Positions 51,168-64,000 are shown, counted from the first letter of the stretch. The stretch is DNA of 64,000 bases from Squalus acanthias (GCA_030390025.1 CM059438.1:61940001-62004000), one strand, 5' to 3'. Translations and numbers: made by a program. Notes: a model not told the origin generated them from the letters alone.

Positions 51168-51863
51168 GGCCTGGAATTTGCGGTCAGCGGCAAAGCAAAG
51201 TCATTCGCTACTGGCCCCGAAGAAAACTGCCACAGAGATCTCGCAATCTCGCTGGCAAGAAGTTTGCCTTTTTCGACACGTAATGGATTTCAGTGAAGTG
51301 TCGAGGGAATTCCCTACCGCGATCTGCTGTGACGTCAACAAGCTGTCTAAGCAGCCAATCACATTGCTGAATTCTCAGACAGGGAAGCAGGAAATGAGAA
51401 GCTGCTTTTACCCGGACTTCTTAAAAATGTTGCAGAGAGCAACATGGGGCTCTCACATGGGGATAAGGTAGAACCTGAAATATCATGAACAAACTTTAAA
51501 AAAAAAAGTTTTTAAACAGTTGTAATTTTTATCATAATGGAGAAATTTGACACCCCACAAAATTAAAATGAGTTTTTCAGGGCCATCACGTTTGTTTAGC
51601 AGTCAATACACTGTTAAAACCTCAGTTACACCTAATTCAACAAGGCCTAACAGTTAATGGGGTATTTAACAGCGAGATTACCATGGAAAAGCCCAGGTTT
51701 TCGTCATTTTCACTGATTGCTGGCTGGGGTTCCACAGCGCAGCCAGTGTCGGAGCAGTGAATGACTGACCGCAACTTCAGGATGTAGCGCATGCGCATCT
51801 ATAAGTTGCGGTCAGTTTCAAAGGAGTAATAGCGGTGTTAATACCCACCGCAAATTCCGGCCC
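51168..51863. mobile_element. Harbinger-like MITE
   Basis: TIRs ggcctggaatttgcggt / accgcaaattccggccc; flanks agt/aat. Confidence 0.75.
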
Positions 51864-51869
51864 AATGGG

Positions 51870-52980
51870 CCTGAAATTCCATTCTTATCTATCTAATCGT
51901 AGCCAGAGAACCACCTGCAACAGCTTCTCTTCCCGCTCCCGCATCATTACCTCTGGGGTCCCCCAAGGATCTATCCTTGGCTCCCTCCTATTTCTCATCT
52001 ACATGCTGCCCCTTGGCGACATCATCCGAAAACAGTGTCAGTTTCCACATGTACACTGACGACACCTAGCACTACCTCTTCTCTCGACCCCTCCACTGTC
52101 TCTAAATTGTCAGACTGCTTTTCCGACATCCAGTACTGAATGAGCAGAAATTTCCTCCAATTAAATATTGGGAAGACTGAAGCCATTGTTATCGGTCCCT
52201 GCCACAAACTCCGTTCCCTAGCCACTGACTCCATCCCTCTCCCTAACATCTGTCTGAGGCTGAACCACACTGTTCGCAACCTTGGCGTCATATTTGACCC
52301 TGAAATGAGCTTCCGACCACATATCCGCAGCATAACTAAGACCGCCTACTTCCACCTCCGTAACATCGCCCGTCTCCGCCCCTGCCTCAGCTCATCCGCT
52401 GCTGAAACCCTCATCCATGCCTTTGTTACCTCGAGACTTGACTATTCCAACGCTCTCCTGGCTGGCCTCCCATGTTCTACTCTACGTAAACTGTCCTAAC
52501 TCGCACCAAGTCCTGTTCACCCATCACCCCTGTGCTCGCTGACCTACACTGGCTCCCGGTTAAGCTACGCCTCGATTTCAAAATTCTCATCCTTGTTTTC
52601 AAATCCCTCCATGGCCTCGCCCCTTCCTATCTCTGTAATCTCCTCCAGCCCCACAACCCCCCCCTCCCCCCAAGATATCTGCCCTCCTCTAATTCTGCCC
52701 TCATGCGCATCCCTGATTTTAATCGCTCCACCATTGGTGGCCGTGCCTTCTGTTGTCTAGGCCCAAAGCTCTGGAATTCCCTCCCTGAATCTCTCCGCCT
52801 CTCTATCTCTCTTTCCTCCTTTAAGACGCTCCTTAAATCCTACCTCTTTGACCAAGCTTTTGGTCACCTGCCCTAATTTCTCCTTATGTGGCTTGGTGTC
52901 AAAATTTTTGTCTTATATACTCCTGTGAAGCACCTTGGGACGTTTTACTACATTAAAGGCGCTATATAAATACAAGTTAC
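51870..52980 (+). mobile_element. L2-clade LINE 3' portion
   Basis: GVPQGSILG, MSRNFLQLNIGKTE, LIHAFVTSRLDYSNALL, LHWLPV, GGRAF; tail ggcgctatataaatacaagtt. Confidence 0.88.
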
Positions 52981-52982
52981 AA

Positions 52983-53113
52983 AAAGAAAATACTGCAGAT
53001 GCTGGAAATCTGAAATAAAAACAGAAAATGCTGGAGATACTCAGCAGGTCAGGCAGCATCTGTGAAGAGAGAAACAGAGTTAACGTTTCAAGTCGATGAC
53101 CTTTCGTCAGAAC
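52983..53113 (-). mobile_element. Solo Penelope pLTR 3' end with hammerhead motif (53079-53113, canonical CTGACGA)
   Basis: Minus strand gtt-CTGACGA-a-aggtc-atc-gactt-GAAA-cg-tt-aac followed by a tail related to 368-430. Confidence 0.78.
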
Positions 53114-54829
53114 AATACAACTTCTTGTTGTTGCTGTATTATTACAGTGCAATAAATTCCAGGAAATTATGCTGTGTTTCATTACGTCCCGCAGGCCATA
53201 ATCTGTTGGGACTTTGCACTGCTCCACAGAGACCCTCCCAGAAAAAGTTGAACGAGTAAATGATCATAGTCCCGCCCCATTAGCATAGATGGCGAGCTGG
53301 AGTTTGCTGAATGAACGTCAGCCGGTTCGAGCAGTGCAGAAGGGCAGTGGAGGGCTCAGACAGCCTCAGTTAAAGCATTCAATCGCACAGCAGGTTGCCT
53401 AACATTTTACTGACTTGTTCTCGGAACTTGGTTGAAATCTTAAAACTCAGTTAACTAAACTAATAAATTAAGTATTTGGACAGTCAAGCATGCTTCTGGG
53501 TTTCTCCCGACTGCTGATATTATTTCTGTATTCTGATTTATGGAGCTTGTGCGCTCAGTGTGGAGTGCAGCTGGTGGTTTAATATGGCCAGTGATCGCAC
53601 GCAGTTCGGGAGACGACCTCTATTCTTAACGCTGATTTATACCACGGTTTCAGTACAAAATGCATCAATCGAATTAATCCCGACCTGGACGCTGCCCCTA
53701 CATTCTGCGACCCATCCCCACGCTATTGCTCATCGGTGCGTTCCCTGTTAAATAACCTGTTGTTTGTCCTGTGTCGGGCCCTGAAACCCCCTGGATGTGC
53801 AGCAGACATTGGCCACCCTGTGCTCGCTGTGGCGTATTCTAATTATTTTTCCAGCAAATTGTGGCGTGATTTTTGCTGCTGGAGGACCAGGGAGCGTGTG
53901 AAAAACGTTGTGCATGTGAAATTTTCCTGCTGTGTCCACTTGAACTGTGAAAATGCCAGGCAGTGTACTTGTAGATGTTGTCATTCAAAACTTGTGTCTG
54001 GAGAAAGCATTTTAAGCTGTATAATAATACATGGGTGAAGTATTGATGGTTACAGGCCTGTCACTAGTGTTGGGAGCAATGTATGTATGGATTTGTATTG
54101 GTATAACTGTTAAAGCGTTGTTGGTTTACATGCAATTCTCTCTGTACCACATTGGAACCAGTGAATAAGCCTAGTACTGTTACTGGTGCACTGCTGTGTA
54201 TACAGTATGGTGATAGGGGCGTAGAATAAGGATGTTCTCAGTGATTTTGCTCTTGCGTTTCTTTGTATAGAACGCTGCTGATTGTAATACTGTCTCTGTT
54301 TTCCTCCCTTACTGGCCCACCTCAGATCACACATTACCAGGGGAACCGAGTTCCTTACTCTTCAGCCATCAATGCCACTGTTAGTTGGCTGTCTAGTTTG
54401 TGTGGAGCTGCCCAGCCTCCACTGGGTGCAGGCATGAGATTAAGAACTCGTCAGAGTGGGAGCTTAAATCTGCAGCCTTCTGTGTGGCTGCATATTGTGC
54501 GATGTTCTTTTGTTAAGACTTTCCTTCTTCCTACTCAGAGGTGTTTATTTGTTGCAAGGGCTGGTTCCTCTGGGTGTTAGTTGCCCTCATGCTTTACTCA
54601 AGTGGCCTTTATTTATGTGTGAACCTCGATGGTGAGTGTTGGTTGAGCATTCACCTGCACCTGATCCTATCCTTGCTTCTGGTGGGGATTGTTGGATAGT
54701 GATCAGGACTGGCAACGTTGGCCCTCCCCAAACCAAGAGGTGCTGAGGCTGCTTGCAATGCCCCAGTGATAAAGGCTGACTCTGCACAGACCTTGGATTG
54801 AATGCGGTCTGTATCACTCAACTACTTGT

Positions 54830-55990
54830 TTGATGTAGTCTATATGGATTTTAGCAAGGCTGGTCATGAAAGTAAAAGCCCATGGGATCCAAGGCAAAGT
54901 GACAAGTTGGATCCAAAATTGGCTCAGAGGCAGGAAACAAAGGGTAATGGTCAAAGGGTGTTTTTGTGACTGGAAGGTTCTTTCCAGTGGGGTTCCGCAG
55001 GGTTCAGTACTGGGTCCTTTGCTTTTTGTGGTGTATATCAATGGTTTGGACTTGAATGTAGGAAGTATGATTTAAGAAATTTGCAGATGATACAAAAATT
55101 GGCCGTGTGGTTGATCATGAAGAAGAAAGCTGTAGACTACAGGAAGATATCAATGGACTGGTCAGGTGGGCAGAACAGTGGCAAATGGAATTCAATCCAG
55201 AGAAGTGTGAGGTAATGCATTTGGGGAGGGCTAACAAGGCAAGGGAATACACAATAAATGGTAGGACACTGAGAAGTGCAGAGGATCAGAGGGACCTTGG
55301 AGTGCATGTCCACAGAATCCTGAAGGTAGCAGTACAGGTAGATAAGGTGGTTAAGAAGGCATACGGGATACTTTCCTTTATTAGCCGAGGCAGGGAGGTT
55401 ATGCTTGAACTGTATAAAACACTAGTTAGGCCGCAGCTAGAATACTGCGTGCAGTTCTGGTCACCACATTACCAGAAGGATGTGATTGCACTAGAGGGGT
55501 TGCAGAGGAGATTTACGAGGATGTTGCCTGGTCTGGGAATTTTAGTTATGAGGAAAGATTGGATAGGCTGTGATTGTTTTCTTTGGAACAGAGGAGGCTG
55601 AGGGGAGACCTAATTGAGGCGTATAAAATTATGAGGGGCCTAGATAGAGTGGATAGGAAGGACCTATTTCCCTTAGCAGAAGGGTCAATAACCAGGAGGT
55701 ATAGATTTAAAGTAATTGGTTGGAGGTTTAGAGGGGATTTGAGGAGAAATGTTTTCACCCAGAGGGTGGTGGGGGTCTGGAACTCACTGCCTGAAAGAGT
55801 GGTAGAGGCAGAGACCCTCATCACATTTAAAAAGTACTTGGATATGCACTTGAAGTGCCGTAACCTACAGGGTTACAGACCAAGAGCTGGAAAGTGGGAT
55901 TAGGGTGGATAGCTCTTTGTCGGCTGGCATGGACAAGATGGACCGAATGGCCTCCTTCTGTGCTGTAAATTTCTATGATTCTATGATACT
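54830..55990 (+). mobile_element. CR1 LINE 3' portion
   Basis: GVPQGSVLGPLLF, WQMEFNPEKCEV, VFTQRVVGVWNSLP, ttctatgattctatga tail. Confidence 0.9.
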
Positions 55991-56734
55991 TGCTGAGTAA
56001 ATCAGCTGAGACATTGGGCAAAGGTTTTTGGTGATATTAATTCATCACCTCAAATTGTTCCCAGCTCAACATGCTTTCCCAAGATGCATACCAAGTTTGG
56101 TTGGATAAAATCTGTAGTTGGGCCAGTGAGTGTTTTCAGTTCAAGTCAACGTACTTTGAAAGTTTTACAAACCACTGCGCTTTACCAAATTCCTTGTCAG
56201 AGCGCTGTTGCTTGACTGTGAAACCCGACATCAAGGATGCGTGTGTGAGCTGCTTATGAAATAATTACCTTTCCCACCATTTCGATCGCTCCCCCCCCCC
56301 CCCCCCCCCACCTGCCCGACCTGCGAGAAGGCACGTGCTCCGATAGCACAGCAGAGGTCTGGGACTTGCTGGCTCGGGGAGTGATGAGAATAACTGCTCT
56401 TCATGCCGGTATTCTGAATATCTGGGCATATCTTGGAACACCATATATAAAGTCTTCCCTCCTGCTGTTTCTCTGCATAACTGATGTTCTCTAAAAGTCT
56501 CAAAACTGCAGTACGAATGATGTTAGTTTAAACACACAACTGCCATTTCAGGAGTGAGCTGTTTAAACATTCCTGTTTTCTGTAAGCAGACCTAGGTTAA
56601 CCTGTTGCTGTGCATGGGTGAAGCAGATTCTGAAGGCTGGTGTTGAATATGAATGGATTGTTTCTTGGGTAGGAATTTCACCAAATGAGGAACTAATTTT
56701 GAAGGGCCTACATTAAAGTGATGGTGTTTGTTAA

Positions 56735-59700
56735 TAGGAAACATAGAAGATAGGAGCAGGAGTAGGCCATTCGGCCCCTCGAGCCTGTTCCGCCATTTAA
56801 TGAGATCATGGCTGATCATCCAAATTCAGTACCCTGTCCCTGCTTTCTCCCCATATCCCTTGATCCCTTTAGCCTTAAGAAATATATCTAACTCCTTCTT
56901 GAATATATTTAATGAATTGACCTCAACTGCCTTCTGTGGTAGAGAATTCCACAGGTTCACCACTCTCTGGGTGAAGAAATTCCTCCTCATCTCAGTCCTA
57001 AATGGCTTACCCCTTATCCTTAGACTGTGAGTCCTGGTTCTGGACTCCCCCGCCATCGGGAACATCCTTCCTGCATCTTGTCTGTCTAGTCCTGTTAGAA
57101 TGTTATAAGTTTTAATGAGATCCCCTCTCATATTCGCTAGAGTTTCGAAGAATAAGCCTAATCGACCCAATCTCTCTCCATACATCATTCCTGCCATCCC
57201 AGGTATCAGCCTGGTGAATCTTCGCTGCACTCCCTCCATGGCAAGAACATCCTTCCTCAGATAAGGCGACCAAAACTGCACACAATACTCAAGGTGTGGT
57301 CTCACCAAGGCCCTGTACAATTGTAGCAAGACATCCTCGCTCCTGTACTCGAATCCTCTCGCTATGAAGGCCAACATACCATTTGCCTTCTTAACCGCCT
57401 GCTGCACCTGCATGCTTACCTTCAGTGACTGGTGCACAAGGACACCCAGGTCTCGTTGCACTTCCCCTTTTCTCAATCTATTGCCGTTCAGATAATCTGC
57501 CATCAAAGTGGATAACCTCGCATTTATCCACGTTATATTGCATCTGCCACGCTTCTGCCCAATCACCCAACCTGTCCAAATCATCCTGGAGTTTCTCGGC
57601 ATCCTCCTCGCAGCACACACGCCCACCCAGTTTTGTGTCGTCTGCAAACTTGGAGATATTACATCTAGTTCCCTTGTCTGGATCATTTATATATATATTG
57701 TGAATAGCTGGGATCCAAGGACCGATCCCTGTGGTACCCCACTCGTCACTACCTGCCACTCGGAAAAAGACCCGTTTATTGCAACTCTTTGCTTTCTGTC
57801 TGCCAACCAGTTCTCTATCCACGCCAATACCTTGCCCCCAATCCCATGTTCCTTAACTTTACACGCTAATCTCTTATGCGGGACCTTATCAAAAGCCTTT
57901 TGGAAGTCCAAATACACCACATCCACTGGTTCTCCCTTATCTATTTTACCAGTTACATCCTCAAAAAATTCCAGTAGATTAGCCAAGCATGATTTACCTT
58001 TTGTAAATCCATGTTGACTTTGTCCGATCCTGTCACTGTTTTCTAAGTGCTCAGCTATTACATCTTTTATAATGGACTCTAGCATTTTCCCCACTACCGC
58101 TGTCAGGCTTACCGGTCTGTAATTCCCCGTTTTCTCTCTTCCACCCTTTTTGAATAGTGGGGTAACATTAGCTACCCTCCAATCCATGGGTACTGTTCCA
58201 GATTCCATCGAATGTTGGAAGATGATCAGCAATGCATCTACTATTTCTAGGGCCACTTCCTTAAGTACCCTAGGATGTAGATTATCAGGCCCTGGGGATT
58301 TATCGGCCTTCAATTTCCCTAACACCATTTCCCTACAAATACTGATTTCTTTCAGTTCCTCCCTTTCATCAGACCCTATGTTTCCCAACATCTCTGGGAG
58401 GTTATTTGTGTCCTCCTTTGTGAAGACAGAACCAAAATATGTATTTAATTGGTCTGCCATTTCTTTGTTCCCCATTATAAGTTCCCCTGATTCTGACTGC
58501 AAGGGACCTATGCTTGATTTCACTAATCTTTTTCTCTTCACATATCTATAAAAGCTTTTACAGTCAGTTTTTATGTTCCCTGCAAGCTTACTCTCGTATT
58601 CTATTTTCCCCTTCTTAATTAATCCCTTTGTCCTCCTTTGTTGAATCTTAAACTGCTCCCAATCCACAGGGCTACTGCTTTTTCTGGCCAATTTATATGT
58701 CCTCTCCTTGGATCTTATGCTATCCCTAATTTCCCTTGTTAGCCATGGTTGAGTCACCCTTTTTGTTTTATTCTTATGCCAAACTGGGATGAGCAAATTC
58801 TGTAGTTCGTCCATGCAGTCTTTGAATGTTTGCCATTGCCTATCCACCGTCAACCCTTTGAGTGACATTCCCCAATCAATCCCACCCAACTCACACCTCA
58901 TACCATCGTAGTTTCCTTTATTTAAATTCAGGTACCTAGTCTCTGAGTCAACTACTTCACCCTCCATCCTAATGAAGAATTCTATCATATTCTGATCGCT
59001 CCGACCCAAGGGGCCTCGCACAACAAGATTGCTAATTAATCCTTTCTCATTGCATAATACCCAGTCTAAGATGGCCTGATCTCTGGTTGGTTCCTCGACA
59101 TATTGGTCCAGGAAACCATCCCGTAAACACTCCAGGAATTCCTCCTCCATAGTATTGTTACTAATTTGGTTAGCCCAATCTATATGTAGATTAAAGTCAC
59201 CCATGATGACTGCTGTGCCCTTATTGCACGCTTCTCTAATTTCCCTTTTAATGCCATCCCCAACCTCCGCATTACTGTTTGGAGGTCTATATATCACTCC
59301 CACTAATGTTTTCTGCCCCTTGTTATTTCTCAGTTCAACCCATACAGATTCCACATCATCAGAGCTAATATCCTTCCTTTCAATTGTGTTAATCCCCTCT
59401 TTAACCAGCAATGCTACCCCACCTCCCTTTCCTTTTTGCCTATCTTTCCTGAATATTGAGTACCCCTGGATATTAAGTTCCCAGCCTTGGCCACCCTGGA
59501 GCCATGTTTCAGTAATCCTAATCAAATCATATTCATTTACCTCTATTTGCGCAGCTAATTGGTCCACCTTGTTCCGAATGCTCCTTGCATTAAGACGCAA
59601 AGCCTTCAGGCTTGTTTTTTTAACGCTCTCAGACCTATATGAATTATTATTTACTGTGGCCATGTTTGATTTAAACCGTTGTTTTCTCTGACTGCAACTT

Positions 59701-60750
59701 TTGTTTTTCTCCTTCCTATCTTTTGCTTTTATCCTTGTTTCCCTTTCCTCTGTCTCCCTGCTCAGGTTCCCAACCCCCTGCTATTTTAGTTTAAACCCTC
59801 CCCCAGAGCACTAGCAAACACTCCCCCAAGGACATCGGTCCCGGCCCTGCCCAGGTGTAGACCGTCCGGTTTGAACTGGTCCCACCTCCCCCAGAACCGG
59901 TTCCAATGCCCCAGGAATTTGAATCCTTCTCCCTTGCACCATTCCTCTAGCCACGTATTCATTTGAAATATCCTTCTATTTCTACTCTGACTAGCACGTG
60001 GCACTGGTAGTAATCCTGAGATTACCACCTTTGAGGTCCTATTTTTTAATTTACCTCCTAACTCCCTATATTCTGCTTTTAGGACCTCATCCTGTTTTTT
60101 ACCTATATCGTTGGTACCTATATGCACCACGACAACTGGCTGTTCACCCTCCCCTTCCAAAATGCTCTGTAGCCGCTCTGAGACATCCTTGACCCTTGCA
60201 CCAGGGAGGCAACATACCATCCTGGAGTCTCGTTTGCTGCCGCAGAAACGCCTATCTATTCCCCTGACAATAGAATCCCCTATCACAATAGCTCTCCCAC
60301 TCTTTTTCCTCCCATCCTGTGCAGCAGAACCACCTATGGTGCTAGGAAGTTGGCTGCTGCTGTCTTCCCCTGATAAGCCATCTCCCTCAACAATATCCAA
60401 AGCGGTATATCTGTTTGAGAGGGGGATGGCCACAGGAGACCCCTGCACTACCTGCCTGCGCCTATTACTCTGCCTGGTGGTCACCCATTCCCTTCCTGCC
60501 TGTACACCCTTTACCTGCGTTGTGACCAACTCCCTAAACGTGCTATCCACGATGTCCTCAGCTTCGCGAATGCTCCAGTATGCATCCATCCGCAGCTCCA
60601 GCGCCGCAATGCGGTCTGTCAGTAGCTGCAGCTGGATACACCTCCCGCACACATGGTTGTCAGGCACACAGGAAGTGTCCCTGATTTCCCACATAGCGCA
60701 GGAAGAGCATGTCACAGCACCGAGCTGTCCTGCCATGACTTACCCTTTAA
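56735..60750 (-). mobile_element. Near full-length CR1 LINE: ORF1 59786-60736 (Zn finger + SGNH esterase), ORF2 from 59663 (APE + RT, frameshifted after 57687)
   Basis: ORF1 CSSCAMW...CGRC, VIGDSIVR, VHIGTND, DGLHL; ORF2 LNARSI, ITETW, MGDFN, YLDFQKAFDKV, PQGSVLG; CR1 tail. Confidence 0.93.
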
Positions 60751-60753
60751 TTA

Positions 60754-61540
60754 GTCCCAGCACTGGCCAAGTGAAGTCCGTCCCAACGGAACAGCTCTCT
60801 CCCGTCCCAGCACTGGCCAAGTGAAGTCCGTCCCAACGGAACAGCTCTCTCCCGTCCCAGTACTGGTGCCAGTGTCCCAAGAAGCAAAACCCATTTCTCC
60901 CACACCAGTTTTTGAACCACGCATTTAACACTCTGATTTTATTTACCCTAGCCAAATTTGCTCGTGGCTCAGGTAGTAATCCAGAGATTATTACCCTTGT
61001 GGTTCTGCTTTTTAATTTGGCCCTAGCTGCTCATACTCCCTCAGCAGAACCTCTTTCCTTGTCCTATCTATGTCGTTGGTACCAACATGGACCACGACAA
61101 CTGGATCCTCCCCCTCCCACTGCAAGTTTCTCTCCAGCCCAGAGGAGATGTCCTTAACCCTGGCACCGGGCAGGCAACACAACCTTCGGGACTCTCGCTC
61201 TCGGCTGCAAAGAACCTTATCTATCCCCCTTATGATACTATCCCCTACCACTGCAACATTTCTTTTTACTCCCCCCACTTGAATGGCCCCCCGTTCCACA
61301 GTGCTGTGGCCAGGTTGCTCATCCTCCCTGCAGTCCCTGCTCCCGTCCTCACAGGGAGTAAGAGCCTCGAACCTGTTGGACAAGAGCAAGGGCTGCGGCT
61401 CCTCCAACACTACCTCCTGGATCCCCGTACCTGCCTCACTCATAGTCACACCCCCCTGTCCCTGACCACGGACTACATCTGAATTAGTAGTATAAGTACT
61501 CACCCAATCAGCTGCTTCCTCTTGCCCGCGTCACTTTTTG
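60754..61540 (-). mobile_element. Second CR1 ORF1 (esterase) fragment with a 50-bp tandem duplication
   Basis: LSNRFEAL, VVGDSIIRG, VHVGTND, WDGLHL in ORFs 61012-61503 and 60740-60955. Confidence 0.85.
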
Positions 61541-61634
61541 AATCGTGACGTGGCTCTGGAACGCCGCCGCCGGTCTGCGAGATTGGTAAGCCTCTGGAAA
61601 AAAAAGCCCGCGAAAGTGAGTTTAACAGCGGCAG

Positions 61635-64000
61635 AAAGGCAGTTCGAGGGGGATCTGCCGTCTGAGGTAATATGGGCTGAAGTTAGAAATAGGAAAGGAG
61701 CGGTCACGTTGTTAGGAGTTTTCTACAGGCCCCCAAATAGTAATAGAGATGTGGAGGAAGAAATTGCAAAGCAGATTATGAATAGGTGTGGAGGTCACAG
61801 AGTAGTTGTCATGGGTGACTTCAACTTTCCAAATATTGATTGGAACCTTTATAGGTCAAACAGTTCGGATGGGATAGTTTTTGCACAGTGTGTGCAGGAG
61901 GGTTTCCTGACACAATATGTGGATAGGCCGACAAGAGCTGGGGCCACGTTGGATTTGGTACTGGGTAATGAACCGGGCCAAGTGTTTGATTTGTATGTGG
62001 GAGAGCACTTTGGAGATAGTGACCACAATTCGGTAACTTTCACTATTGCAATGGAGAGGGATAGGGCCATACGGCAGGGCAGGGTTTATAATTGGGGGAG
62101 GGGTAATTATGATGCGATTAGGCAAGAATTAGGGAGTATAAGATGGGAACAGAAACTATCAGGGAAAGGCACAAACGAAAAGTGGAGCTTTTTCATGGAG
62201 CAATTACTGCGTGTCCTTGATAGGTATGTCCCTGTCAGGCAGGGAGGAAATGGCCGAGTGAGAGAACCATGGTTCACAAAAGAGGTTGAATGTCTAGTCA
62301 AGAGGAAAAAGGAAGCGTATGTAAGGATGAGAAAACAAGGTTCAGTTGGGTCGATTGAGGGGTACAAGGTAGCAAGGAATGAGCTAAAAAAAAGAGCTTA
62401 GGAGAGCTAGGAGGGGGCATGAGAAGTCCTTGGCGGGTCGGATCAAGAAAAACCCCAAGGCCTTTTACTCTTATGTGAGAAATAAAAGAATGACCAGGGT
62501 GAGGGTAGGGCCGGTCAAGGACAGTAGTAGGAACTTGTGCATGGAGTCAGAAGAGATAGGAGAGGTGATGAATGAATACTTTTCGTCAGTGTTCACCGAG
62601 GAGAGGGGCCATGTTCTTGAGGATGAGAGTGTGATAAAGGTGGATAGGCTGGAGGTGGTAGATGTTCTGAGGGAAGATGTTTTAGCAATTTTGAAGAACC
62701 TGAGGGTCGATAAATCCCCTGGGCCAGATGGGATATATCCTAGGATTCTTTGGGAGGCAAGGGAGGAGATTGCAGAGCCTCTGGCTTTGATCTTTGGGTC
62801 CTCACTGTCCACGGGAATGGTGCCAGAGGACTGGAGAGTGGCGAATGTTGTTCCTCTCTTCAAGAAAGGAAATAGGAATGACCCTGGTAATTATAGGCCG
62901 GTTAGTCTTACTTCGGTGGTTGGTAAGATAATGGAAAAGGTCCTGAGGGATAGGATTTATGACCATTTGGAAAGGGGCAACTTAATCAGGGATAGTCAAC
63001 ACGGATTCGTGAAGGGTAAGTCTTGCCTAACAAATTTGATTGAATTCTTTGAGGAGGTAACTAAGTGTGTGGATGAAGGTAGAGCGGTTGATGTCGTATA
63101 CATGGATTTTAGTAAGGCGTTTGATAAGGTTCCCCATGGTCGGCTCATGAAGAAAGTAAGGAGTTGTGGGATAGAGGGAAATTTGGCCGATTGGATAAGT
63201 AACTGGCTATCTCATAGAAGGCAGAGGGTGGTGGTGGATGGAACATTTTCGGACTGGAGACCAGTTACCAGCGGTGTGCCACAGGGGTCGGTGCTGGGTC
63301 CTCTGCTGTTTGTGATTTTTATCAATGACTTGGAGGAGGGGACGGAAGGGTGGATCAGTAAATTTGCTGATGACACCAAGATTGGTGGAGCAGTGGATGA
63401 GGTGGAGGGCTGTTGTCGGCTGCAAAGAGACATTGATAGGATGCAGAGCTGGGCCGAAAAATGGCAGATGGAATTTAACCCTGATAAGTGCGAGGTGATT
63501 CATTTTGGTAGGACAAATTTGAATAAGGATTACAGGGTCAACGGCAGGGTTCTGAGGAACGTGGAGGAACAGAGGGATCTGGGGGTTCATATCCACAGAT
63601 CTCTGAAGGTTGCCACTCAAGTGGATAGAGCAGTAAAGAAGGCCTATGGTGTGTTGGCGTTTATTAACAGAGGGTTTGAGTTTAAGAACCGTGAGGTTAT
63701 GCTGCAACTGTACAGGACCTTGGTGAGACCACATTTGGAATATTGTGTGCAGTTCTGGTCACCTCACTATAGGAAGGACGTGGAAGCATTGGAAAGAGTG
63801 CAAAGGAGATTTACCAGGATGCTGCCTGGTTTGGGGGGGAGGTCTTATGAGGAAAGATTGAGGGAGTTGGGGCTTTTCTCTTTAGAGCGGAGGAGGATGA
63901 GAGGCGACTTAATAGAGGTTTATAAGATGATGAGGGGGATAGATAGAGTGGATGTTCAGAGACTATTTCCTCGGGTAGAGGCAGCTGTTACAAGGGGGCA
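61635..64000 (+). mobile_element. Young CR1 LINE ORF2 (partial APE + RT), running off the window end
   Basis: FYRPPNS, MGDFN, SDHN; after a 1-nt shift in the A8 run at 62386-62393 the frame reads through KSPGPDG, YMDFSKAFDKV, PQGSVLGP, KFADDTK. Confidence 0.92.

Noticed and set aside
59786..60736. Host SGNH esterase gene
   Set aside because: Directly upstream of APE-RT ORF2; esterase-type ORF1 is a known CR1 feature.

Overview
Eukaryotic genomic DNA from a vertebrate, most likely a cartilaginous fish (inferred from HE1-type and DeuSINE-type SINEs and abundant CR1 LINEs). Host genes: a complete 9-coding-exon DPH7 (+, 9786-23919, 470 aa by my exon sum) and MRPL41 (-, CDS 39739-40146, probable non-coding exon 1 in a CpG island at about 46.5 kb). 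A short divergent coding exon at 46773-46815 is probably PNPLA7 exon 1, by synteny only. The rest is mostly mobile DNA: a 5'-truncated Neptune-type Penelope-like element (RT + GIY-YIG) with an unbroken ORF, a complete but frameshifted CsRn1-clade Ty3/Gypsy element, many CR1/L2/Tx1-type LINE copies, SINEs, five Harbinger-like MITEs and a 1.9-kb CpG-rich minisatellite. The most unusual signal is a set of Penelope-type minimal hammerhead ribozyme motifs. Two of them sit in non-coding palindromic insertions (187-bp and 61-bp arms, a shared short tail and target-site duplications). DPH7 also has a CAGTAG acceptor whose proximal site would insert a stop codon. All calls come from reading the sequence; no database search was run.
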